A model generated the notes under the pieces. It saw nothing but the letters and a program-made list of their open reading frames with translations, was not told the DNA's origin and searched no databases. Positions 1-13,200 of a stretch of 64,000 nt of DNA are shown piece by piece. Both the position numbers and the translations under genes were made by a program. Location: NCBI GenBank assembly GCA_000934665.2, contig JYFJ02000032.1, positions 62,001 to 126,000 on the forward strand, in the 5' to 3' direction. Within the stretch, counting starts at the first letter, position 1. Each line of letters begins with the position of its first letter. This stretch comes from Catajapyx aquilonaris (taxonomy: Eukaryota).

Positions 1-258
1 TTTATACATTTCCCATCCCGTGAGCGACCCCGAGAATAGCGAATGAGGATTCAAGTGGGAAGCTCAGGCAGCATTTACGAAACGACAAAAGGAAACAGAG
101 CCTGAATAATGGCGGCGGCCGTGAGTGTAGTTCCGAGTGTGAGTTTTTCCAATGTCACACCGCGATGGACGAAAAAAAAAACCCGCGAGAGCTGCCCTCT
201 TCCTTTGTTCTCTGGAGCGTGCCATTTTTTTCTGTCTTGCCAAAAATACATCTAGAGT

Positions 259-270
259 GGGGGGGGGGGG
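259..270 (+). repeat. poly-G tract (G12)
   Basis: Homopolymer read directly; one of eight G runs of 11 or more seen on the + strand. Confidence 0.9.
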
Positions 271-1200
271 ATTCACTGCAAAGCTTGTTGCATTCTGGGA
301 CATTCCTAGGCAGCTAACTTTGGAAAAAGTTCACAAGGAACGTCACTCGGCGCAGATTTTCCTGTCTGATGATTTGTGAGATGATACCAGTTCTTCCGGA
401 AAGCGGACAGATGTTTATTGACGGAGCGTGTACTATTTGACGAGACATTTTTGTGGCAATATATATCCTGGAAAACTGCTTTCATGTCCAAACAGCGTCA
501 AGTCCACCCCTCTCATTTTGAACGGTGCGAGGCTAGAAAAAGACATGGACCTTTTCCGTCCAAGTAAGCTGGCATCAGAAAAAAAAGGGGGACATTGGGC
601 GATGGAGCGAGTGACCTATAACCTCGTCCAGCAGCTGACGGTCCCATCTGACCAACCTACCATCGAAAATCCATTTAAGGGGTTTCTAGGTCGCACTCGC
701 GCAGTCCTTGACGGCGAGGGGAGAAGAAGACTAGTAAAAATTGAAATTTAATTGGACATTTGAAGAGTTAGGAGCAGCGGCACTTGAAGTGTAGTTCTGG
801 AAGATTTCTTGGACGGATATTGGATAAGGTCCAGCGGAGAGAGCGTTTTGGAAGATGAACTCGGATGAGTGATTTCAACTTTACCGCTCATCGCCTTCCT
901 AAGTGTTTTCCAAGCCCTTCAAGTTATGTCGCCAGCTCCTTCTCCTTGATAACTTTTCTTTTCTATCTGCTGCAGGGAGGAACAGTGTAAAAACGAAGCT
1001 GGAAAACTTTAGAATGCTGGTAGGATTCGGTATATCCTGTTGTATGACACGTTTACGTACACCAGTTTTACATTGAAGGCACGCGAGGTTGCTCTTGAGT
1101 AAACCAGGATTAGCCTCTTATGCCAGGAACGGCTCTGAATTTTGAAGGGACCGTGTGCAGCGAATCTAAAAGCTCCTCATTATTAATGTCAGTATCCTTT

Positions 1201-1215
1201 TATATATATATATAT
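1201..1215. repeat. (TA)7 microsatellite
   Basis: TATATATATATATAT read directly. Confidence 0.9.
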
Positions 1216-4200
1216 GAAAAAATGAGATCAAAACGGACAGACATTTCACACATTCAAAGGCGACAGTGTTAGACCGCATAAATTAAGCCTCATTTTTTTG
1301 TGTTTGTGTTTTGCATACCAAGAGCTAGAATAATGGGCAGCCCTTGTTCTGACCACTTGCCAGCTCTCTCAGCTATGCGGAAATTTTTAGAGCCTATTTA
1401 TCGGGACCGTTTTTTCCCCCCCTCCACTTGAATTCTCATGGGCCTACCTACTAGATGCATACTGACGAAAGCTCTGACCCCTTTTGGAATATTTTACAGC
1501 CTCATTGTCAGTCTATAGTTCCCTCTGGAGTATTACCCTCTTCATATTATCCCACCGTCCGGAATGAGAGCTTTCGCCGTAATGAGCTTTACGCAGCATC
1601 GACGTAGATTTTTTGATTCGATACATTTTTAATTACCAACCCCACAAGAGACTGTCCGAGACATGTGTTGGAATGTTATTTTTTCTATTTAATGGTCCCT
1701 GCTTGTTTGCTTCTGGATATACAAGCCACAATAGGCCGCACCGCGTTAACAAGCATCTTTGAAGGGCCCCCACTACGTGTATGCTTATAGGCTAATGAGG
1801 CTCTGATTAGATCGATGCTGTGTTACGCAGTCGTGACTTTAGCCTCAACAGAAAATGCTCTGGGAAGGGAGGTGCCCCCTTTTTGGCCAGGGTCCGACAT
1901 GGGGTCCACCTTTTTCTTTTCTTAAATTCACAGGTGCAACCGGGTGCAACCCTTCTTTTTATGGCTACCCCACGGAATGTTTGTTAATTAATTGTTAGGC
2001 TGCAAAGTAGGGCAACGTCAGGTGCCATCATATTGAAGGCGACAGGAAAGCCTGGTGAAGGGGAGCTCCGCTAATGAGCTTAATTTCAGACGAAATCTTA
2101 TTTGCATTCTCTTCCACTTGGCTTCACTGGGAATGCGGCCCCGTGCATTGCATATATTTTGCTGGCCCGACTATTGGCCGCTCATTTGCACAAAACTGAT
2201 AGTTTTCTGCGCACTTTTTTTTCCACACTTGTTCGTGCCTATGAGATTAGCCTGAACATTTTTTTTTTTGGTGGCAAAAAAAAAGAGCGCGCGACAGCTT
2301 GACGTTTGTCGAAAGCGGCGCAGGTGAGCATTCACTCCGGATTATGCCCTCTAAAATGAAGGAAAACATGCTCGTGCCACTTGCATGCAGTCTCCATAAA
2401 GCACATTGTCGAGAGAGTCGACATGCACATAATGTTCCGGAGAGGGGGAGGGAGAAAGGCTTATAAATCACGCGGCGCATTATTCCGTGTCGCATGCAGA
2501 ATTGATATTGCGCAAGGAAGGTGTTACACTAGCCAGTAGTTGGCATTTCATGGCTCTGTTTTCACCTAAAGTCGTATAATGCCCGCGTTTTCCAGAGCGG
2601 ATTTATTCCGCTCGTGTCTTTTGCACCTTGTGTCACCCTCACTTTTTTTTTGTTATAGACGTAGTAGGTATTCCTTTGTTTGGTGCTGGAACTAATGGAG
2701 TGAGTCGTACTCTTACAGTTTCCTAGCCGTTGTGCAAGGTACGGGTATAGAGTAGTCCTCGGGTCATATCCACATTTCCAAGGCTCCTTGTTTCCCCACG
2801 ACAGCCAGATAATTCGTCGTCTCTTTTGCCGTGTTTCCTGCCCGGAGGAGCAAGTTAGAAAGGAGGCCGCCGTGTAAAAGCTACGCGGGGAAATGTAAGA
2901 GAGACAGAAGAAAAAGAAGAGGAAAAAAAAGTTTGGCTGCATAATTAATTTACGGCTCAAGTAGCACGTTGCAGCCAGGGAATCTATCCGGGGCATTGGA
3001 TAGAAGCACAGAACGACTTCAAAGACTGCGGAGGAAGAAAAAAAAAAGAGAGAAAAAGGCAGCAGACAAAAGACGTCGGTACCAAACACGCATTGAGAGC
3101 GAGCGATTAACGTTCTCGCTAACGAGTCTTTATGGCGCGTTTATTCTCATGTTTAATTGGAAATCCGCTTTTCGAGGAAAACGCCCCGGTGCCTTATTTT
3201 TCCAACCTTCTGCTTTTGGAAGGTAGGGTTCCTCCTACATTTTGGGTCACCTCACCTGGGTGCTGACCTTGGAAATAACAGGTTCATGCTTTCTGCCCCT
3301 GGTATAAAAAAAACTGAGGAGGGCGGATTAAGAAGAAAAAAAAAATTTGAAGGCGAAGGAACATAGTCGCACAAAAAAATTGTCTGAACCCAAACCACCG
3401 CGCGGTCTCATTAGCGCTTTTTGGATTGCTTCGTGGTCACTGTCAAGGCGTAGCTGCTGGAGAAAGGAATGCGATGGGAAAAGACCGGTCAGGCTTTTGG
3501 CCGCTTCAGAAGTGACTCCGTATGTTATAGTTGTAAAAGTATTAGAAAGACTCCTGCTGGAAAGTAACCAGATTGGCGGCTTCTTTATCTGCTGCGGCCG
3601 GAAACGATTCAACAATGTTGCAATTTGTGAAACTCGTAACCTGCACGATAAATACACACATATATACAAAACGGATCTTCCTGCCATCGCCCCCCTGAAC
3701 GGATATTAATGATGTAGCTGCTACTATAAAAGTACGCTCCGATATTTTTTTAGGGCTCCATGCAAACAGGAACCTATTATTGGCACTATCTGATCTGTCC
3801 TATAGCTCCAACCGGAGGGGCTCTCATACATTAAACATTAGGAATTCGCGTTTTTGCGGGACAAGTTTAGGGACGGCAAAACCTGCAGACTGTTCGTTTT
3901 TTTTTATGTGTGTGGAAAACGTCTTTCAGACCAGCAATAATGTCATTAACAAGCCGATTGACCCTTGATGTTCTTCCAGCTCGGTTTGATATAAATTCAG
4001 GTGGTGGTAGCCAAGGTTTTCTTAACAACCCTCTCTAGTGTTGTGTTGTGGGCCCAACACCGGAGAAAAAATGGTCACCCAATTGATAATGTTAGTTAGA
4101 AGCTGCCAAACCTGTTCGAGCCCGGGTCCGCCACTTGCTTGGGCCTCTCAACCCCCAACCAGTTGCCTCAAATTGAATGGAAGATCGGAACTTGGCCATC

Positions 4201-7200
4201 TCAGAGGAGGATCTCATCAAAGTCCGAGGAAATTAGCTCCTCTTACTCTTGAAATGACGTAACTCGAGGGCTATCCCCCCTTGAAAAATTTGTCTTGTTG
4301 CTTGGTCTCTTAAACAGACGACTCCACCCGTGAAACATACATAGGATTAGTGTCAGTGTAAGTAAGCCTTACAAAAAGGGCCAAGTATATTATAATGGAA
4401 TATCACACGCCGTTACTTTTTAATTATTCCGGGCTTAATTTTTAAAAGCGTCATTGAATAATATGTTGTATCATGCAGCAAATTGCAACCAACATGCCCT
4501 GAATTGGTGTATTCAACTCCACTCTATTCACATGTCATATCTTGTTGGAAAAATAATCTCGATGATCCTCTGTAGGTATAGTCGTTTTCTCTCTTCAAAC
4601 AAACCGGTGTTTGATAGCTAGAGGCTGGAAACTTTATAACGCATGAAAATAATAGCTGTATTTTTCCAGTTTGTTGATGGTTATGGTTTCCGAAACTTGT
4701 CAGACTCTTTCTTTTTACTGTGGTCATTTTGAGAGGCCTCACGTGACCCGGGCTTAAGGCCAGCAGCGTATATATATATGCTGAGCAGCTGAACCCAACC
4801 GCCTTTGCGTGCAAGGAATCCGTGAATTAGGGTTCGGGGGGTAGGGCCCCCCGAAGCCCTGGCTGTTTGTGGCCAAAAGCATCGGATCGGACTGATTTCT
4901 CCGAAAACGAGGCCGATTCTGTAGGGAGGGGGAGTGGGGTGGAGGGAGAAAAGAAAACCAGATTGGAAAACCTGCACCGATCACTCGAGAAATGGAATTA
5001 CGAAAATCGGCTTTCGACCCAAGCATATACACACACGAGGAGAAGAATATTAATGAATTCGTCCCCCCCGTATGTATAGACTCCCCTATTTCACCCCCCC
5101 CCCTTCCACCTCCAAATCTAATCGTAACGATCACAGGAAGGGCAATTAAGGAGAGTGGCAGCATTGTGTTGAATTTCGTACGTGCCCTGGTCAATAAGGA
5201 AATGAGACTAGGGCGAAAAAAGTTGAGCGACTTGATAAATAGCGTCAGAACCAATTTGCGATTGAACGCGGCACGCTTTGTGCCGCGTTTTTCCAGGAAC
5301 GATTATTTTTGCGAAAAAAACAACATGAGAAATGAATAGGGCATTGTTAGCAATATGCAATTAGAGAACTATGTAGGTCTAGTTATTGCAAAAGCACAAG
5401 CAATAAATGTCCACCTCTGGCTATAGTACTACCAAAATATTTTAAAAGAAAATAATGAGTAAGTCTTGGTACATTTCATACATGATTTTATTTTTGAAAA
5501 TATTTGGTGTGTATGTCGCACATTTTGTCGGTGCCAGCAAAATCCCGGGGATTAGGAGGGAAGGCAGCACCAGCAGGGGAGGGTTGGCGCGCAAAGAGAA
5601 AGTCAGAGTTTATTACCATGCAAATGAGAGGGGCACCCATGTAGAAAAAGTCGCCCTTTTACTAAAGAGGGAATCTCTGGGAGCTCATCTTGGGATTCAT
5701 TTGCCCCGGTAATGCGGTCTGGGGATGCGTTCGGAATGCAACGCCTGCTGATGCACACAGCTATAGACTAGCAAGAAAGAAGACTGTTCAGAATGCATGT
5801 CGCGGTATTTTCACCCGCCCCGTGTGTTTCCGATCTCTTTTCTCTCTCTCACTTTTTTTTTGAGCAACACACGTGGGTAGGTCTGGACCGTTTGAAGGAG
5901 GAATTTTAAAGGCACCTGCAGGGTAGGTGGGTCCAGATCCCTGCCCTTTTTCGGGGTCACCTGCTATGCTTTGAGGGTGAAAATGTAGGCCGTGTTGCTG
6001 CTGCTCTGCGTGATCCGTTGAATTTGTTGCTACTTAATTTCTCAGCCCTTTTTATCGGCGTGGATTGTAAGTTACAGCACCTGCTTTGTGTGCATATCGT
6101 GTTTTTAGTGGGGGTACCAAATACCCACTGCGACACCCTCGCGGATTTCTACATTTTGGGGAGCAGCACCTGCTTCTCATTAGGCCAGCTTTTTGTGGCG
6201 CCGGGCTATCACCTGGAATTCCTTGATTCCAACTTCTGTTTGCGTTTGAAGGATATACCTTTTTAGGGGCGGTTTTTGCATGCGTGCCGAAACAGCTGGA
6301 GCGACGGAATCTTGTTTTTATCGCTTCCAATATTATCGGCTCCTCTTTTTTTATTATCTGGTACGAGGCAGGTGATCTACATGCCCAGCCAGCAGGTGGG
6401 GAATAACACGGGTGTCCAAAAAACCGACATATATCTCTGGATCTGCTGTGTTTCACACTCTCACATTTTAAACTGACTGCAAATGATGGGCGAGAGGTAC
6501 TCTATATTTTAAATGATTACGTGTGTGTTTCTATAGTCTACCGCCATGTTTTTTTCTGTTTTTTTTTATCAATCATCTCGGTTCATATACGGCCTTAGTG
6601 CAGCACTACAGCTCAACTCAGAATTTAATTACGCAAAGATTTTCTCACAGGCGCTTTGAGCTGTGTTAATGGCTTCAATATTGGATTATGGCCAAACAAG
6701 TCGAGCAAGTCGCTTGCCCGGTGAGTGATCCAGAAAACTCTTGCTGTGTACACCACCAGTAGTTCAATGTTTGCCATCTCTCTAGTTGTGTTTATATAAT
6801 GAAATTTGGACTGCAAATAAAACCCTCACGTTGCTGCTTCACACTTCCACTTTCCTTGCGAAAATCCAGGTCCAGCTTAAGGCCAAGTCCTGCGTGTGTG
6901 GAGTGAAGCAGGTGCACAGGGTCTGTGAGAGAGAGGCCTGAAGCTCCTCGCACAGACTCCCCTGGTTGGATTAGTCGAGCCAAAAGTAAGCAAGAGGAAC
7001 CGGAGGGGGGCTGGCCTCTCCCAGAATGTGCAAATGCTGGATGGGGAAACAAAGAAGGCGCAAAGTTGGAGAGAGCGAGAGGAGGCTTTACTATGTGCAA
7101 AGCCTTCGTGTGTTCCTGCAGGCTTAACGGCCACTTTCACGGGATTTGATTCAGACACTGGAGTTATGGAATTATGGTCCCCCTGTTCCCCGTGTATGAG

Positions 7201-10200
7201 AGGCAAAAGCGACGGAAATTGGTTTTTGAACCTGCGGATGTGTAACATGCGGCCGGGGGTTTACTCTCACGGTCAGAGTTTCGAAATCGAACGGGGGGGA
7301 CATTTATTAAAAAGTGGGCCACGCTCCGTAATGAAATACATGTGTTGACAGTAATTTGGTTATTATTAATGACTCGTGTCTATTAACATATTATATTTAA
7401 TTACTGCAGGGGACCTCCGGAATTAATATTAGCTGGGGTATAATGCGTGGTGAAATTTTGCACTGAATCGTAATGTTGGGAGGGGGGGGGGGCAAAAACT
7501 GGTGATTGCATGACGGATAATGATGGCTGTAGCATGTCATAGCACTTGCGCCTAATGTTGAAAATGTACTAATCAGGAAAAATATGACTGACATACCGTC
7601 CAAAAATAGTTGGGCTAATACCGTAGTATCCTGACTCTATTCAACCATCATAACTCCAGCAAACGGAGTACTTTTGGCCGAATGTTTTTTGACTGGTAAT
7701 ACCGTCGCAAGTGACTGAGCCAAATTATTTTTACTATGTGTGAATTGACCAGTAACTTGCACGTAAATTGGGCCTAACAATACAATAAAGAGCGAAGCTG
7801 TCATGATTATTATTCCAGCAAGTATATAGGTTATGTATACACCAGCAGCCATGTTCTGCCTCTGTGCGTAAACCCCGAAAATTCCATAAATTAGTTACAT
7901 TTCGCAGGAATTGCAAATGCGTAAAGTGGCAAACTGCCTTTCCCACGAGGTTTCGGTAAACTTTCAGAGAAACAGGCTTGACATTTATTACGAAATCTGT
8001 TAATATTGTAAACTCCCAGGCAAAACGGCAGAGTCCTGACATTGAAATGATACTTAAAAATTTATGACACATTCTCCTCGCATTTCCAAGAAATTTATAA
8101 CCGGAGTGCCGCTGGTCATATCAGACCCTCACCCATTTTTTTGTGTGTGTGTGCTATTTCGATGCCCGTACCATGCTTTTGCTGGCAGGCGAATCGATAA
8201 GACCTGTTTCATTTCGACCCCCCCAACGGAAGAGAGAGGATACGGGGAGGATTTAGTGCGGACTGTGGAATTGTAAAGACCACTAATCAGAGAGAGGAGG
8301 AAATAATGAGCGATGTTTGGGAGGTGACTGCCAGGCAGCATCTAATTAATGTTCTGCAAGTCCCAGAGATTACACTATATAGAAAGGGAGCATGCATCAT
8401 CCTTCTACTGTATATATACATAGGGACCAGATTGACACTTGACCACAGTGTGAATCATTGATCATGCCAGAGTAGGATTTTGCTAAAATTAATTTTAAGC
8501 TCTGCCCTCAAACTTTCCACTTGCCGCGCCTCGACACAGCAGGCGTCATTCTGCGAACTGCTGTATAGCCTTTTTAGCACATAGGGGTGATTCTGCCAAT
8601 CTCCTGTCGTCAGCCAACATGTCAGAAAGTTCCTAACACTGCAATTTTCATGAGCTCTCTTAAAGCTTTTCGTGGTATTGTTTTCGCAGTTGTTGACAAG
8701 CAAAATCCTTGCATTTTGTATGTGGGAACTGTACTGCTGTAGGCTGTACTGTAAAATATGTACAAAAATGGGAGGATAATGGGCAGTACCCCCAACTTTA
8801 TAATCTGTAGGCGTACTTAATGTTGTCCTGTTTACATAAATTTCGAGCCTCTCATGAGCTAATATTTGCTGGTTTACATTGTAAAATGTGGTCTACAGGC
8901 CGGTAAATACTGCAGGCACTGTTTGGTTGTTTCCAACAACTTTGTTTTTTCATTGTTGAATAAGCAGTTATTTCATGCAAATTACCGTTGGCAGTATCCC
9001 CGATTGGTACGCTCCATCTGCATAAGATGTCAGGACGCAATAATAATCAGTAAGGAAGCACGTGAAATCTTCTGAAGCTTGAACCCTCCTCTGAAGAAGT
9101 GCATTTTTGTAAAAAAAATTACGCCGACAGCTTCTTCAGGCGCCATATTTCATTAGGGTGCAGCACGGGTGCGAAGTTATTAAACTGTACGGATTCCCTG
9201 TCGGGACGTCATAAATCTCCGGGTGTAAATGGCAGGATTCGGTACATTTGACGCTCTCCTTCCCCCCTGCATATATTCACACACGGTTCGATTTTTCCTT
9301 CTTCTTTTTTTTCTCTCTCTCTCTATAGCTCCATACGAACCCAGTCCCAGTCACGTTTTACGACGGATGTCTAGTGTAATACGAAACGGCAGTCCTAAAA
9401 AAGCTGCGCCAACTTTTATTAGCCCGCAGCGTGTCGAAGGAGATGAATGCATTGCATGAACCGTGTAGGCCTCGTCAGATTGGGCGAATTCGAAGGTATT
9501 GAATTGCCCACCAAGTGTGATTGTGTTTCTACGATTTCTCGTCAGGTTCTCCTCCCTTGACATACGCATACATTTTTTTTTGTCGTCTGCTGCCAGTATT
9601 GATCTGAACAGCCGACATGTGGTTACCGGATGTCTCTTCTTTTGGATTATATAGTCCAGGCTGTAGATAGCTGGCAGTTTCAATTATTTGTGGGCCGTTT
9701 ATGTGGCCTGGCGCTGTGGCGATCTTTCATCCGTGTCATCTTTACGGTGCTTTCACTCTCACTAGCTTTCGACAAACTGCGCCATTAAAGGGTCTCTGCA
9801 GGCGCGGCTATGTCTTGAGGTGCCAATAGGCGTGCTAATTTGGCTGCTGGCTTTTGCAATATTCGACTACAGGGTGCATCATGCAGAGGTGAAAGACCCG
9901 ACTGCTCCGTCAATTTCTTCCACTGTGATTTGTAGCCATTCACATCCCGAGTGAGTTATAGCCATTACGCGCTGCGGACATGGACCGGAGTCATACTGTT
10001 GGAAAAGGTTTTATAGTCAGCAGTATCCCAAAAACGGAGACGTGGTTTTTTCTTCTTCCCTTTTCCCCAGCAACAAAACAACGGGACGAAATTTCAGCGT
10101 TTTATGCGCATGTATGATTTTGGGTAGGAGGGATACATCAAGTTTATTCCCGCGGTGTCGTCCCAAAAAATCAGGCAGGCCCAATGAGAAACGGCGGGAA

Positions 10201-13200
10201 CCTCTTGCGAATCCGTAAAGGAAGAGCCGTAAAATCTGGGAAACATGACCGGGTGATGTATCGCCAGCCAATGGCATACATATTAACTTGTCGCCACATT
10301 GGTTGTAGACTTGGGCTTGTTTTGGCTGGAAGGCCCGCTGCGTTTGGCGAAAGTAATAGCAGGAAAAGGACCAGATGATTTGTGCACCATTCTTTTGCCG
10401 CGAAAGATTTGTGTACGGGACACCTCAGGAATGTTATGATACCACTTTTTATATGGCTGATTTTAAAACAAAAAGTACTATAACCGACCTTACGTGCATG
10501 CATGCATGCCCGCTTTAAAATTAAACCGGGCGACTCTCTCATAGATCGTTGTTGCGCAGTGGCCGCGCTCCATGATTTCATTTAGTTGTGGAAACCACAA
10601 CATTCGGCAGATGCGTTTCAGTGGCCTCGCATGGACAGCATTTGCAGCGTTCCAGTTGCACTAGTTTTATACACCGCATTTTGCTGCTGCCCTCCATGTC
10701 AAAACAAATGCAAACTTGTAATTATTGGTAGCCGAGGCTATTCACCAAAATAATGGCCATAATGGAATATGCAGCAAATATATAACAATGCTGACGGCCC
10801 TTTTAATGCTCACTGAACATAATAGTTACATTCAAATATTAAATGGAAAACCAGGTCGTGTTCGCCTGTTTACACGGCATAAATATACCTCTGCCCAATA
10901 TACCGCGGCGACTTTCTTGACTGTTTTGGTTACTATTTGAACCTGGCGTGCAATGCAGGGTACATTCCAGGAGTAAATATAGATTGTTGCCAGGAATGCT
11001 AGCAACATGAAAATTTTCCTGAAATAACATCAGCACAATATGGAATAAAGAATTTCCTTCTTTCACATGTACCAGCAGAGTTCCACGCAAAGGCTCCTTA
11101 AAATATTAAACTGCACTTTAGTCGTTTTATGCATGGGTTCTTTTTGCGGTGAGTGAAACCAAGATTTTTATTTTTAAGCCCTCTGTTGGAAACCCAAAGT
11201 CCGGAATCGCCATGCACTCCATGCCGTTGTTTTTTTTCCATTATATATATTTTTATCACGGCTTGTTGGCCGCGCTTTGATATCTCCCTCCGCGTGCATT
11301 ATATGAAAGAAAGATGTCGGAATAAATTTTTAAAAGCGTGTCAGGAAAGGCATCCAGGCGTCAACCCAGGACTGGAGATAATCCCAGTTTAGTCAATGTC
11401 ACCTGCATTGAGAACAGAAGGTGTGAAAGATGTATCCGAGCAAGAGTCGCGTGCTTGGCGAGTTTCTTTTCCATTCCTTGGCAAGTGGCCCAACACCTCA
11501 TCTTTGTAACCCCTTTTCAGTCCTTTGAGCTTATTCGAAGGTCCCTGTTTTGCCTATATTCTCGCCAAAAAAGTACCTGGCTCTATAAAAAGGTTCGCAG
11601 TTTTACCTGGCTTCTTGGGGGCCGATAATTACTGCGGATGGAATTGCGTGGTGGGAGATTGTTGCCTGGAGGAGTGTGCAAAAAAAAATCTTAAGTAGAG
11701 CGACGTTCAATCCCTGCGTGTTGCCAGGGGGTTGAATACACACACATATACATGCTGAGGCTCAGACACGAGGAGAATGCGGGCGTCCGTGTGAGACGAG
11801 AATTTTCAGAACGGATTAACTTTTTACGCGACAGGTGTTTTGCAATCCGGGGGTGTCCATTTGCACGTAAATGAAGTTATTATTGCGTGTTTCTTGCCAG
11901 GTTTTCACATGCTTCGAGTAGGGGGGGGCCAAAACTGCGCTAATAACCGCCACGATTTTTGTGCGTGTCACAACCGGGGGACTAAAACGCACGTTACGCC
12001 CAAATCATTTCTGACGTTTGGTTTGTGCTGCATGATATGGTCAGACAAGGGGCCCGGGGAACAGACGCCGACGGTTTTATTTTCTCCTTTTCGTCAAATG
12101 CTGCGGCAGTGACAGGACCTGGCAAAACACAGGCGTCAACATTGTTCTCACGTGCAACAGAAGGGGTTATGTGCCCTCCAGCAGTTGCTGTCCTGTCAGC
12201 ATTGTTTGACGTGATCGCTTAATTGGCTTCCCGGGATAAGATTGAGCGTATTTATAAGCCAATACATATGGCTGCCGTTACAGGGAGGCCTACTGCTCAA
12301 GTCCACCGTTGTATTTCGCAAAAAAAAAATGTCCAGATTCTGAACCAAAATCTTTTCGGGGCTGGCAGCTTATTCACATGTCATTGATTCGACCCAGGTC
12401 ACAATGACATAAATTCAACAATGGAACTGGTTGAACTTCTGTAAACTTGATCCGTGCACCACCCTGTATGCATTTTTTTTTGCACATAGCTCCTATAAGG
12501 GCCGCTTAACTGCATGCTGATCCTGTACAGCATTCGTGCGTGTTGCTGGTCACGAGTCCAGAAGGTGTCAGGTTTCCAGTGGGAAATGTTTGACCTCGCA
12601 TAGTGCGTATAGACTCCCGGAATTTAGATTGTCCTCTTTTTATCTTATTTTGACCAGCTGTTTTTTTGGGGTGTGGATCTGCGCATCACGACTGTTGTAT
12701 ACGGAGCAAAAGTGTGATAAACCTTTTAATGACTCCTCTGGATAGCTCGGATGGCGTTTCTGGACTAATTCACCACATGGGGGCCACCCCCGGTCGGTCA
12801 CGCAACCCACCCTGTGTTCGTTATGGTATTGAAATTTTTTAGCTGCGATAATCGCCCGGCCGGTCTAAAACTTTGATGGACTGGGGGTCATTTATGCCAC
12901 TTCCATAAATTGATTACTAGGCCGCGAGCTCTGGCTGGCCCCCGAGATGAAAGTGTGCGAATTATTTCTACTGACAGACCCCAGCGCTATATTGATTGTC
13001 ACTATTATGCAATAAATAAATTTCTTAACGCACTGTAGATGTAAACATCTGCATTGCAGTTCTTGGCCGAATCACTGACCCATCACTCTAAGATTGGGTC
13101 TAGACTTTGGGTGATTGGTTTCTGTAAGGGCTTACCTCTGTTTCGAACCAGGAAAGGATTTTCTAAGCCTAGTTTTTTTTGAGGCAGGGGGTCGACTGAG

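Noticed and set aside
4106..4133. tRNA-like GTTCGAGCCC...CCA
   Set aside because: The T-stem does not pair and no cloverleaf forms upstream.
9820..9876. miR-10-like ACCCTGTAGTCGAAT on the minus strand
   Set aside because: Needs gaps to align, and the putative 3' arm pairs poorly.
11705..13060. Small hairpins near 11705-11737, 12378-12410 and 13030-13058
   Set aside because: Short, imperfect stems that are expected by chance and too small for pre-miRNAs.
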